Assembly (NCBI GenBank): GCA_965223545.1
Contig: OZ245006.1
Location: forward strand, 2,496,001-2,560,000
Length of the DNA stretch: 64,000 nucleotides
From: Planctomycetota bacterium
GTDB lineage: Bacteria > Planctomycetota > UBA1135 > UBA2386
Reading direction: 5' to 3'
Positions 1 to 10,500 of the stretch are shown piece by piece (positions within the stretch are counted from its first letter, which is position 1; every line of letters begins with the position of its first letter). The notes beneath the pieces were generated by a model that was given only the letters and a program-made list of their open reading frames with translations, did no database searches and had not been told where the DNA came from. Both the position numbers and the translations under genes were made by a program.

Positions 1-909
1 GACCGGCAGCTGGACGTGGAGCTCGAAGTGCTGCTCCCCGTGCGCGAACGGTCGACCAATCCACGCTTCGGTACACGGGTGCGCCGACGGCTGGTAGCCG
101 CTTGCCGGCAGCCAGGTGCCGAACAGCCAATCCAACGCGCGGACCTCCAAGTCGATGCCGCCACGCACTTCGAGCTCGGCCACGCACATGGTTGGCAACT
201 CGAGGACACCGACGTCGCCATCCGAGGTCACCGAACCGTCCACGACCACCCCGACGTCGTAGCGGCAGTCCTCGCGCGCAACGATGTCGGGGTCGTCCCA
301 CATGTAGCCGAGCCACTGGCCGTCGGCCAACCCGCGCCGCTCCGCCCAAGACACGAGCTGTCGCGCGGCGGCGACGACGACGCCGCGGCGGTAGGGATCG
401 GCCACGCGTACGTAAGCGACGCGCCGCGGCGGCAACCCGCGCACGGTCGCCGAGAACCCGTCCGGATTGTCACCGGGGGGCAACCGCGCCAGCAGATGGC
501 GGGCGTCGTCCCCACCCATCGCGGCAATCAGCTCATCGCGGCGCTGCGCGCGCAACGCACCGACGTCGAACTCACTCGGCGGCACGCCATAGCGCTGTTT
601 GAAGCTGCGCGAGAAATCGGACGATGAGGCGAATCCACAACGCAACGCCACTTCGGTCAGCGACGGCATCGGCGGGTGCGACAACAGCATGAGTGCACGC
701 TCCAGCCGCACTCGCTTGACGAACTGAGCCAGGGTCTCGCCGACCAAGGCGCGGAACACGCGATGGAAGTGGAATGGCGAGAAACACGCAACGCGCGCCA
801 CGGTCTCCAACGGTAGCGGCTCGTCGAGGTGACGCACGATGTGATCGATGGCGCGATTGACGCGCTCGACGTAGTCGGCGCGCGCGGCGATCGAGTTCGG
901 TCGGCCCAC
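1..909 (-). CDS. AraC-family transcriptional regulator with C-terminal GyrI-like effector domain (3' end beyond window)
   Basis: Absent from the ORF track (no stop in window). Manual translation from GTG 909: 'YVERVNRAIDHIVRHLDEPLPLETVARVACFSPFHFHRVFRALVGET...RVRLERA...SLTEVALRCGFASSSDFSRSFKQRYGVPP' (two AraC HTHs), then 'DDPDIVAREDCRYDVG...WLFGTWLPASGY' (GyrI-like). TACGGT lies 6 nt upstream. Confidence 0.92.
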   Translation of the reverse strand, partial: MGRPNSIAARADYVERVNRAIDHIVRHLDEPLPLETVARVACFSPFHFHRVFRALVGETLAQFVKRVRLERALMLLSHPPMPSLTEVALRCGFASSSDFSRSFKQRYGVPPSEFDVGALRAQRRDELIAAMGGDDARHLLARLPPGDNPDGFSATVRGLPPRRVAYVRVADPYRRGVVVAAARQLVSWAERRGLADGQWLGYMWDDPDIVAREDCRYDVGVVVDGSVTSDGDVGVLELPTMCVAELEVRGGIDLEVRALDWLFGTWLPASGYQPSAHPCTEAWIGRPFAHGEQHFELHVQLPV

Positions 910-942
910 GGGGACACCGTATACGGCCGCGACGCTCGATCG

Positions 943-2970
943 CTACAGGATGTCGAGCACACCGCCGCTGCCGTCGGTCAGCGTCGGCATCACCACGCGG
1001 TAGTCGATGCCGGCCGACAGCGGAGCTTGCCATGGCACCAAGGCGGAGTCACAGACCGCGCCGAGCGCGACGATCGCATAGCCGCGCGCCAGCCGGCCGA
1101 GCTCAGCATCGGACGCCAGCCGCGCCAACCCGGCCAACACCCGGCGATCACCGACTTGGCCCAGCGCCACCGCCACCGACGCCAGCCTGGCCAGCGTTGG
1201 CCGCTCTCGCTCCAGCTCGTCGAGCAACCGCGGACCAATGCTCTTGTCGCCGAGCATCGCCAACGCCGAGCTCGTCTCGATCAGGATGCGCGGGCGGTGC
1301 ACCTGACGCACGGCGACTTCGCGCAAGAGCACCAGGGCACGCCGGTCGCCGATCAAGCCGAGGGCGATGCTGACCGGCGCCGCCACCGGCTCGCGGCTGG
1401 CATTCTCGCGCAGGAGCGCGAGCAGCGGCTCGACCGCTTCGCGATCGCGCGCCAGGCCGAGCGACACCGCCAACGCCCCGCGCAACGACGGACTGACCGT
1501 ATCCGCGAGCTCGCGCCGCAAGGCCTCGGCGACGCCCCCGGATCCCGGCGCACCACGCGCCAGCAGCCCGAGAGCCAACGCGATCCACGGTCTCTCGGTC
1601 GCCGGATTGGCGCGCGCGAGGGCACGCAACAAGAACTCGCGATTCTCGCCTCCCCCAATGCGGCCCAGCGAGATCACACTGTAGTAGCGCGCCTGTTGAT
1701 CCTTGCCCTTCTCGTAGTAGACGCGCAGCGCCCGTCCGGCGTCGGCATCGGCGGAGGTCGCGAGATCGGCCAGCGCCACCGCTGCGGTGCGGGCGAACGG
1801 CGCGGCGCCGGTCGACGGATCCCGCAGATCCTCGACGCACACCCGCCGGTAGCGCTCGCGCCGCGCGGGATCGTCGCGGACCATCGCCGCGATCGCCGTC
1901 GTCGCCGCAGCCTGGATCACCCGCTCACCGCGCCCGCGAGACGCCGAACGGTACTCCCGCAGCGCACGCAATGCAGCGTCCACGAGCTGTGCCCCCTGGT
2001 AGGACCGCGACGCCGGCGCCAGATCGACCGTGCGCAGTCCGTGCACGGCCGCCAACGTGACGCCCCACCGCGCATCACCCCTCTCGAGTAGCGCGATCAG
2101 CGGTTCCGCCGCGCGACGCTTGCCTTGCAGGCCGACTTGCGCGCGCCCGTTGAGCCCGAGCGCATAGGCGGCGAACGCACGCATCCGATCGTCGACCTGC
2201 GTCGTACCACACATCGTCCGCCCCAGCTCGCTGTCCAACGCCAGCTCGGCAAGCCAGGGCAAGCACACCGGATCGCGGCCGATCCCCATGCCGAGGACGG
2301 CCGCCTCCCGGACCGGTCGCAAGGGGCTGCGCAGTCGAGCGCGCAGTGCCACCCGCGCCGCACGCCGTCCGACGGACCGCAGTTTCGCCACGCCGATCAA
2401 CGCCGCGGTGGTGACATCGCGTTGGTCATCGCCGGCGAGCACCCCCTCGAACACCGGCAGGGCAATCTCGCCAAGATCGCGCTCGCTGGGCGCCAGTGTC
2501 CCCGCCACGCGCCGCCTCGCTCCCCCCATGTAGAATTCGTCGGAGCCGGTGGTGACGACGCGGTGCACCGCTTCCCTGAGGCCGAGAAACTGGTCGCGGT
2601 TGTACAGCCACCAGTACTCCCATCCGCTGAAGTCGACCTGCAGCGCACTGGAGCCGCCGGTCGGCCCACCCGAGCGTTGCGGCCTGGCCGCACCCGTCGC
2701 CGGCGCGATCCCAGGGCTCGCGGGCGCGGGCTGCAGCCCGCCCGCTGCGCCACCGCTCGGCGTCGGCGAGGGCGGAGCGCCGAGAGTCGGCGGTGGCGGA
2801 GGCGGAGTTTCGGCGGGCGGCGGCGGCGGCGCCGGCACGCGACCGCCGTGCGGCAGGAGCGCGGCGGGAGCGACCGCGACACAGATGACGGCGGCGGCCA
2901 GGGATGCAAGCAGGACTCTCAAGGGTCGGCCTCGGATGTTCGCGCTAGAGGGGGACCGGACTCGCAGCAA
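943..2970 (-). CDS. Secreted HEAT/armadillo-like repeat protein with Pro-rich N-terminal linker
   Basis: Hydrophobic signal-like N-terminus, PPPPP linker, repeated helical units ('[10 protein letters not shown]', 'RAFAAYALG', 'RPWIALALG', 'RGALAVSLG', 'SIALGLIGD', 'AVALGQVGD'). Start uncertain (2970 or ~2922). Confidence 0.72.
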   Translation of the reverse strand: MLRVRSPSSANIRGRPLRVLLASLAAAVICVAVAPAALLPHGGRVPAPPPPPAETPPPPPPTLGAPPSPTPSGGAAGGLQPAPASPGIAPATGAARPQRSGGPTGGSSALQVDFSGWEYWWLYNRDQFLGLREAVHRVVTTGSDEFYMGGARRRVAGTLAPSERDLGEIALPVFEGVLAGDDQRDVTTAALIGVAKLRSVGRRAARVALRARLRSPLRPVREAAVLGMGIGRDPVCLPWLAELALDSELGRTMCGTTQVDDRMRAFAAYALGLNGRAQVGLQGKRRAAEPLIALLERGDARWGVTLAAVHGLRTVDLAPASRSYQGAQLVDAALRALREYRSASRGRGERVIQAAATTAIAAMVRDDPARRERYRRVCVEDLRDPSTGAAPFARTAAVALADLATSADADAGRALRVYYEKGKDQQARYYSVISLGRIGGGENREFLLRALARANPATERPWIALALGLLARGAPGSGGVAEALRRELADTVSPSLRGALAVSLGLARDREAVEPLLALLRENASREPVAAPVSIALGLIGDRRALVLLREVAVRQVHRPRILIETSSALAMLGDKSIGPRLLDELERERPTLARLASVAVALGQVGDRRVLAGLARLASDAELGRLARGYAIVALGAVCDSALVPWQAPLSAGIDYRVVMPTLTDGSGGVLDIL

Positions 2971-3149
2971 GCCGGGTACCGCCGCCCCGCCGCGGTGCTG
3001 TCAGCGGATCACCGCCAGACACCGTTACGCAAGCGGAACGACACCGAGCCCAGCCCGTCCAACCGGCGAATCGCAAGATCTGGCAAGCGTCCCCCGCCCG
3101 CGGCCGGCAAGGTGGAACTCGTCCCTTCTCCAACGACCAGCGCGATCCG

Positions 3150-3533
3150 ATGAACCTGGGTGCCTTCTCCATCAGCCTCACCGTCAAAGACCTGGCGGCC
3201 TCTCGCGACTTCTACGCCAAGCTCGGCTTCGAGCCCATCGGCGGCGACGAGTCCCACAACTACCTGATCCTCCGCAACGGCGACTGCTTGATCGGGCTGT
3301 TCCAGGGCATGTTCGACCGCAACATCCTGACCTTCAACCCGGGCTGGACCGCGCAGCAAGAGACGCTGGCCGAGTTCACCGACGTGCGCACGATCCAAGA
3401 CACCTTGCGCAGCCGTGGGATCGCCATCAAGACCGAGACCGATCCCGACGGCCGCGGGCCGGGCAGCATCGCGCTGCTCGATCCCGACGGCAACCCGGTG
3501 CTCATCGACCAACACGTGCCCGCGCCCGAGTGA
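3150..3533 (+). CDS. VOC/glyoxalase family protein
   Basis: '[25 protein letters not shown]...[17 protein letters not shown]...[14 protein letters not shown]'. Confidence 0.9.
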   Translation: MNLGAFSISLTVKDLAASRDFYAKLGFEPIGGDESHNYLILRNGDCLIGLFQGMFDRNILTFNPGWTAQQETLAEFTDVRTIQDTLRSRGIAIKTETDPDGRGPGSIALLDPDGNPVLIDQHVPAPE

Positions 3534-3557
3534 ACGGGCAAGCGGTGAGGCGCTCGG

Positions 3558-6500
3558 TCAGTTGCGAGCCGAGCGGAACTCGACCCCCGCCACCGACCCC
3601 GACTCGGTGGCGGCATCCACCGTGGCAACGTCGACCGCGCATCGGAACCCGAGGCTCGGGCGGCGATCGGTGATCTGGCGCGGCGCCGCCACGTAGAAGT
3701 GAAACGCACCCAGACTGTCGTAGCTCGCGCCCGCGGCAAAGCGCCGCTGGGTGCCGCCTCCATCGGTGGCGGTCCACTCCGCGACATTGCTGCACAGGTT
3801 GCGAATGCCCGCGCCGACGCCATCGGGGGTCACGTCACCGCCGCGTTCGACCGGCCAGGGTGAACGGCCGCCGGTCATGTCGAGGTCGACATTGAACTCG
3901 TCTGGTTCGAGCATGCCTCCGACCTGCGCGCAAGAGTACGGACGGTAGGACCGACCGCCGCGGACGGCGTACTCCCACTCCACCAAGGTCGGCAACCGCT
4001 TGCCGGCCCAGCGCGCGTAGGCCGACGCCTCGCGCCAATCGACTCCGGTCACCGGGAGGGCACCCTCCTGCTGCTCCAGCCGGCGCAGCAAGGACGCGCG
4101 GCGATCCGCGGCAGGCGGATCGCCATCCCAGTGCCCCGCATCACCGAAACCGTCCTCAGCGCGCAAGAACGCCGCGTACTGCTCGACGGTGACTTCGTTG
4201 ACGTCCAGATAGAACGTCTCCACCGGCCGGTAGTCGAGCTGTGGCTGGCCGCGGTGCTCGAGCCCGTAGTCTCGGAACGTCGCCTGCTCTTCGCGCACGG
4301 AACGCCCGGCAAACGCGTAGCGCGCATCGCCGCTCACCAGCCGCATCGCACCGATGCCCACCGCCGGTGCGCGAACGCGATGGACCGAGACCAACGCCGG
4401 ACGTTGCACTTCGAAACTCTCGACCTCGATCGATTCGATTGTCGCGCGCGACACGTTGCCAGAGGAGTCGGTGGCCTCACAAACCAACTCGAGCCGCTCA
4501 GCGGACCACGACGCGGGCAGCTCGAAGACCCCATCCCACTGCGAAACCGTGCGATCCTCGGTCGCCGAGCTGAGCGTGATCGGTCCCAACAGCCGTCCAT
4601 CGTTGTCGCGCGCCGTACACCGCACGGAGGTGACCCCGTTGGGATCCTCCGCCCGCACGACCACCTGAAACCGATTGCGCTCTTTGGAGAACCAGCGCGC
4701 ACCGACCGGACTCTGAAACCGCAGCGCCGGCCCGTCCTTGGCCACGGTCCACCGCGGCAAGCTGTCCGGATCGACGTGCAGTGCGTTGCCGGCCGCATCC
4801 TGGCCGGAGACGACGAGCTGGTAGTCCCCGTCGCTCAGTGTCGCCGGATCCACGGCCAGGTCCGCCCACGACCGCCGCACGGCGGCTCGACCCGGCAAGA
4901 GCACATCGGGAGCGCGCGCCGCACTGTCGATCGGTCGGCCTCCGCGGTGCACCACCCACTGCAGGTAGACCGGCGTTCGCCCGGAGCCGCCGGCATCCTC
5001 CACGCCCACCTCGACGACGGGCTCACCGGCACCGACGTCGCTCTGCACCGTGGCGCCAACCGTGCTCCGCAGCTGCAACGTCGGCGGCGTCGAGTCGCGG
5101 ATCACCACGAGCCGATAGCGAAACTCCGGTTCCTCGGGCTTGTCGATGCCACCAGCCTGACGACGGAACGCGGCCACTTCGATATCGTACTCACCGTCAA
5201 CGGCGAGCGGCACCTCGGTCGCCGCACTCGAGTTGCCGTGCAACGACACGGACCTGGTCGCTGCAGTTCCGCCGGGGCCGCGCCAAGCGACTTCCGCCGT
5301 GACCTGCACCTGGTTGCGTTGTAGTGAGAGCACCACCGCATCGCCGTTGGTGTAGTACTCCGGCGACCCACCACCGGCTTCTACGGGTTCCAAGCCCTCA
5401 GGCGACACCGTGAGCTCGGGTGGACGGGGCTCGTACAGAAACTCGACCCTGGCCTTGGCTTCGCCGCGCGAGCGATCGGCGTGGAACGACGAGCTGGAAT
5501 CATCGGCAGCGACCTCGATCACCCCGGTGTAGGGCCGGTCCAGCTGCGGGAAGGACAGCCTCGTACCATCACCCTCGACGTGCAGCTCGACGGCGACCTC
5601 GGCTCCGTCCTGATCGCGCACCACGATCGACGTGACGGCCGGCCGATTGGTGGCCGCCACCAACTTCGGCACCGCACGCGCCGGAACGATGAAGACGCCC
5701 GGGCGGGCGCGCACACACCCCTGCAGGTCGAGGCTCAGGGTCAGCGGACGCGGGTCCACGTCCATCGCCAGCGTCTCGGTGCGCACGACACCGGCGTGGT
5801 CGGCAACCTCGACGAGGAACTCGACCGTGCGGGCCTCGCGCTCCTCACCCGCCAACCAGCTGAGAGGCAACGAGAACACGGACTTGTCGTTGACCGATCG
5901 CGACCGATCCAAGGGCGCGGCCCGCATCTGCCCGCCGGCAGCCACGGTCACGCTATCGATGAACGCCGGATCCCCGGAGATCTCGACATCCAACGCCATC
6001 CCCACCGGATCCAGCACGCGGTCCTGACGACCCGGCACGACCACTCGCTCGAGACGCCACGCCTCGCCCGCGAGGTAGACGACGCGGATCGGCTCGCTGT
6101 ACTGGGTGGAGCCGCCGGCGATGACCTCGACGTAGCCACGCACATCGACCATGCGCTGCAGGTCGCCGGGCGCCGCGATCGAGAGAGAGTGCGCCCGCTC
6201 GTCGCCGACGAAGCCGAGCTGCCAGCCAGGCAACACGTCGATTCCCGTCTGCGGGTCGGACACCAGCCGCAGCCGCGCTTCCTGATGCGATAGCTTGAGG
6301 TTGGCCACTCCGATGCGTAGATCGGGCTGCTGCGGCCCCAAGTAGACCGTTCCCCCCTCGATCGCCAGGTCGATGGGATCCAGCCCCGGCGCCGGCCGCA
6401 TCACCCAGAGGGCCAGCAGAGCCAGGGCGACAGCCACCCCCGCGATCCACGGCCAGACCGCCGGCGGCTTGGCAACCCGTGCCAGCTCCGCGTAGGCGGC

Positions 6501-7457
6501 CTGAGCGCTCTCGAACCGATCGTCTCGGCTCTTCGCCAAACAGCGAGAGACGAACGACTCCAGCCGCCTCGAAACCCGCACCCCACACTCGCCGAGGCGG
6601 CGCGGCGGCTTCGACAAGTGTGCATCGATCGCTTCCTGCGGGGTGGTGCAGGAGAACGGCATCTCGCCGGTGAGCATCTCGAACGCGATGACCCCCACCG
6701 AGTAGAGATCGGACCGGCCATCCAGCTCGACGATGTCCGCGTCACCCCGGAGGTGCTTGCACTGCTCCGGCGACGAGTAAAGCAGCGTGCCACCGCGCAC
6801 GCGCTTGACCGAAGAGTCGGCGCCCCCATCGAGCACCGCCGGCATCGACGAGCTGGCGATCGACTGCGTCAGATCGAACGCCCGCGCGGTCTCGACGAGC
6901 GCGCGCACATCGGTTTCGACCCGCCCCTCGGCGCCGACGTGCTCGCTGATGCCGAAGTCGATCACCTTGACCCGCAACGGCTCTCCCGGCAACAGGAAGA
7001 CGTTTTGCGGCTTGAGGTCGAGGTGCAACAGAGAGGTGCCGTCGGGAAGGGTGTGCGCCGCCGACAGACCGGCGAGGATCTGAAGAAGCACGTCGACCGC
7101 GGTGTCGGTGGAGAATCGGCCGTCCCGCGACAACCTCTCCGACAGCTCCTCGCCGCGGAGCAACTCCATGACGAAGTAGTGCAACCCACTCTCCGTCTTG
7201 TCGAACGTGATCCAGCGGACGATGTTGGGATGATCCAGCGTCGTCAGCAGCTTGGCCTCGCCCAGAAACCTCTCGAGCACCGCCGCATCGGTGGACGCAA
7301 TGTTCAGCACCTTCACCGCGACGGACACCCCGAGCATCTCGTCGACGGCTTCGTAGACCGTGCCGAACGTCCCCTTGCCTAGCTTGCGCCGAACCCGGTA
7401 CTTACCGCTGAGAAACTCGCCGGTCAGATCCGGCTGAACACGGTTCGGCGTAGTCAT
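3558..7457 (-). CDS. Membrane Ser/Thr (Hanks-type) protein kinase with extracytoplasmic Ig-like repeats and C-terminal FGE/SUMF1-like domain
   Basis: LGKGTFGTVY, VAVKVL, HPNIV, HLDLKPQN, DFG, YSSPEQ, SDLYSVG; TM 'WPWIAGVAVALALLALWVM'; C-terminal 'EVTVEQY..F', 'PVTGVDW.EA.AYARWAGKRLPT..EWEYA.RGG', 'NVAEW', 'GFRC'. Confidence 0.92.
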   Translation of the reverse strand: MTTPNRVQPDLTGEFLSGKYRVRRKLGKGTFGTVYEAVDEMLGVSVAVKVLNIASTDAAVLERFLGEAKLLTTLDHPNIVRWITFDKTESGLHYFVMELLRGEELSERLSRDGRFSTDTAVDVLLQILAGLSAAHTLPDGTSLLHLDLKPQNVFLLPGEPLRVKVIDFGISEHVGAEGRVETDVRALVETARAFDLTQSIASSSMPAVLDGGADSSVKRVRGGTLLYSSPEQCKHLRGDADIVELDGRSDLYSVGVIAFEMLTGEMPFSCTTPQEAIDAHLSKPPRRLGECGVRVSRRLESFVSRCLAKSRDDRFESAQAAYAELARVAKPPAVWPWIAGVAVALALLALWVMRPAPGLDPIDLAIEGGTVYLGPQQPDLRIGVANLKLSHQEARLRLVSDPQTGIDVLPGWQLGFVGDERAHSLSIAAPGDLQRMVDVRGYVEVIAGGSTQYSEPIRVVYLAGEAWRLERVVVPGRQDRVLDPVGMALDVEISGDPAFIDSVTVAAGGQMRAAPLDRSRSVNDKSVFSLPLSWLAGEEREARTVEFLVEVADHAGVVRTETLAMDVDPRPLTLSLDLQGCVRARPGVFIVPARAVPKLVAATNRPAVTSIVVRDQDGAEVAVELHVEGDGTRLSFPQLDRPYTGVIEVAADDSSSSFHADRSRGEAKARVEFLYEPRPPELTVSPEGLEPVEAGGGSPEYYTNGDAVVLSLQRNQVQVTAEVAWRGPGGTAATRSVSLHGNSSAATEVPLAVDGEYDIEVAAFRRQAGGIDKPEEPEFRYRLVVIRDSTPPTLQLRSTVGATVQSDVGAGEPVVEVGVEDAGGSGRTPVYLQWVVHRGGRPIDSAARAPDVLLPGRAAVRRSWADLAVDPATLSDGDYQLVVSGQDAAGNALHVDPDSLPRWTVAKDGPALRFQSPVGARWFSKERNRFQVVVRAEDPNGVTSVRCTARDNDGRLLGPITLSSATEDRTVSQWDGVFELPASWSAERLELVCEATDSSGNVSRATIESIEVESFEVQRPALVSVHRVRAPAVGIGAMRLVSGDARYAFAGRSVREEQATFRDYGLEHRGQPQLDYRPVETFYLDVNEVTVEQYAAFLRAEDGFGDAGHWDGDPPAADRRASLLRRLEQQEGALPVTGVDWREASAYARWAGKRLPTLVEWEYAVRGGRSYRPYSCAQVGGMLEPDEFNVDLDMTGGRSPWPVERGGDVTPDGVGAGIRNLCSNVAEWTATDGGGTQRRFAAGASYDSLGAFHFYVAAPRQITDRRPSLGFRCAVDVATVDAATESGSVAGVEFRSARN

Positions 7458-7591
7458 CAGCGCATTCTTGGGGGCGCACTCGCGACGGGCCTACAGCGCA
7501 CGGCCGCAGCCGGGGATTATCCGCCACCGTTGTTCACGAAGCAAAAGGAGTCGGTTGGGCCGACCGGGCCACTTTCGGCCTACCGCGAGGG

Positions 7592-10500
7592 TCAGCGCCC
7601 TCCCCAGAACACTCTCAAGTCGCTGCTGTCGTAGCCCACGATGGCCACGTCCGGGTCGCCGTCGCGGTCGATATCGCCGACCGCTACCGCCGAGGGACCA
7701 ATCTGCCCCGTCGCGATCGGCACCCCCGTCGCGAAGCCGCCGTCGACCTGGCGCAGGACAGAGAAGTCAGCGCTCGTGCGGTGGACACAAATCAAATCGA
7801 TGGCCCCGTCGCGGTCGATGTCGGACGCCGCCAGGGACTCGGGCGCGATCCCGCCGCAGCCCACCGGCGGCCGGACCACGAACGAACGCGGCGCGACTTG
7901 TACCAACACCGTCACGTCGTTGGTGTCGCGGTTGGCGCAGGCGACGTCGGTATCCCCGTCTCGGTCCAGGTCGGCGATGACCACGGCACTCGCGAACCCG
8001 CCTCCCGTGGCAATCGGAGCACCGACGCTGAACGATCGCGGCGCGTCTTGAAAGGCGATCGTCACGCTGTTGCTGGTGCCGTTGGCAGCGACCACGTCGA
8101 CCGCGCCATCGCCATCGAGATCACCGATCGCCACGTCCGTCGCGGAAGCACCACCGAGTAGCATGCCACCGGGGGTCGTGAACACGCCCGACTCGCCCTG
8201 ATAGTGTACGACGAAACGGCCACCGCGGTTGACCGAGACCAGATCGACGCCGCCGTCGCCATCGACATCTCCGATCGCAATCGCGGCGGGCCGGATCCCC
8301 CGCGCACCAACGGTCTGCACGGGTCCGAAGGTGCGCGCGGCGCCTTGGTAGATCACCGACAGCGAGTTGTTCAGCTCGTTCGTCGTCACTACGTCCAGAT
8401 CGCCATCACCATCGACGTCTCCGAGAGCCACACCGAGTGGACCGCGGCCGACAGTCGAGATCTCCGGCAACGACGTGAACACGCGTGGCGCGTCCTGGAA
8501 GAAGACCGTCAGGCTGCCCTGCGGTGTGGGGACGAAGTCGAGATCGGTCGTGACGACATCGAGGTCCCCGTCACCATCGAGGTCACCGACGGCCACCGCG
8601 GTGGGATTGAGCCGACGGGTGGGGTGCGGATCAGTGGGCGTGAACTCGCCGGCGGCGCTCTGGAAGAACACCGTGGCGGCCGATGCGTCCGCCAACAGCA
8701 AGTCGCTGCGGCCATCGACGTCGAAATCGGCGGTCGCCAGCGCGTTGATGCCGAGAGTGCCTACGCGCATCTCTCCCGCTGGCACGAGCGCCCCCGTCGA
8801 GTCCTGAAACAGGAAGGTGACGCCGGAGGGCGCCGCCGGAAACCGCACTCCGGCGCTGGCGAGCGCGACGTCCAAGTCACCGTCGTGATCCAGGTCGGCC
8901 ACCACCATGGACTCGATTTCGGGGCGCAGCGCGGCCACCGGTGCTTCGGCGACCAAGGCCCCCGCCGCCGACGCGCGCAGCACCGTGACGTCGTTGGAAC
9001 CGCGGTGCGCACACAGAACATCGACGTCGCCGTCCGCATCGAGATCGACGGCCTGCAAGGCCTTCGGCCGAATCCCGCCAGTGGCCACCGGCGCCAACGC
9101 GGCAAACGTCCTGCCAGCGCCGTGGCGGAGCACGACGACATCGTCGGTCACACTGTGGGCCGAGAGCAGATCGACGTTGCCATCGCCGTCCACGTCTGCG
9201 GCCGCGAGCGCCTCGGGTCGACCGGCGGAAATGGTCGCGAGGGTCTCGACGGAGAAAGAGGTGGCTCCGTTCCGCCACAAGGCCACCACTTCGCCACCGA
9301 CGTGGCTGGCCGCCAGATCGACATCGCCGTCGCTGTCCAGATCGGCCGCGACCAGAGCCGCCAACCCTGGGGCACCGGTCGAGACCGACGGCTGCGCGAA
9401 GAACGACCCCGGCGACGCCTGCAGAAAGACCGTGACGTCGCTGCTCGTACTATCGCCCACGGCGAAGTCATGGTCACCGTCGCCGTCGAAGTCCCGCGCG
9501 ATCAGGAACGCCGGCGCAGTGCCGGGCACCGCGATCGGGGTCTGCGCCGCGAAGCTGCGGTTGGCGCCCTGAATCATCACGGTCACCTCCGCGGGTCCGG
9601 ACTGAAGCACCGCGTAGTCCGTGTCGCCATCGCCGTCGAAGTCACCCACCGCCGTCGCGCGGTGCGCGCGACTCGCGGCCTGGCTCGAGACCGTCGCGTA
9701 GCTCGGCAGCACTTGCTTGGCCACCGTCGTGCTCGACGAGGACCCCTGCTCCTCGTCGAAGCAAATGGCGCGGACCAAGAACTGGCCACCGACGGCAACC
9801 GTGCGGCTATCCCAGATGAAGTGCCCGACCTGCCCCGTTCGGCTACTCGCCACCGGGTGCCGGAACGGATCCCGGGCCGCCACGCGCCATCTCTGACCGG
9901 GGGACACCGCCGCGGCCAATGGCGCCACGAACGTGACGTCTCCCGTCTTGCCGCTGACGCTGCGCACGACTGCGGTCTGCGCGACCCCTCCGCTGGCGAG
10001 GAGATCCGCAGCCACCGGGTCGGCGACCAACACCAGGTCGAGTGGCCCGGCCGCCAATGCTCTGGCCTCGTTGGCGACTGTGCCGAGGCTGGTCACCGGG
10101 TTCGCACCGGCCGCCGCAGCGGAGCCGAGGGTGACGGCACGCAGCTCGCGATCCGCGCCCGGAGTGGGTTCGCAGAGCACCACGAGACGACGGCGATCGT
10201 CGGTCAGCGCAATCGAGGTCGGGGTAGGGAACGCCGAAGCGCCACCGGGTCGAACCGACTCCAATACGCGGGTCGCCAGGTCCAGCTGCACGACCCGATT
10301 GGCGTCGCGCTCGGCCAGCAAGCACCGGCCGGGCCGCCCCGGCCACCACGCCAAACCCGACGGATGCGCCAAGCCACCAATCCATCGCGTGATCACCGGT
10401 GCCCCACTCCAGTCGATCCGCCACAGAGCGTCATCGGCGGACACCAGCGCGGCCGACGGCCCCCAAGGCAGCACCGAACGCGGCGCACCGTCCGGCCCCG

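Noticed and set aside
3558..4330. Functional formylglycine-generating enzyme serving the nearby sulfatases
   Set aside because: It is fused to a receptor kinase and lacks the evident catalytic Cys pair; the adjacent sulfatase-like protein has no CxPxR motif.
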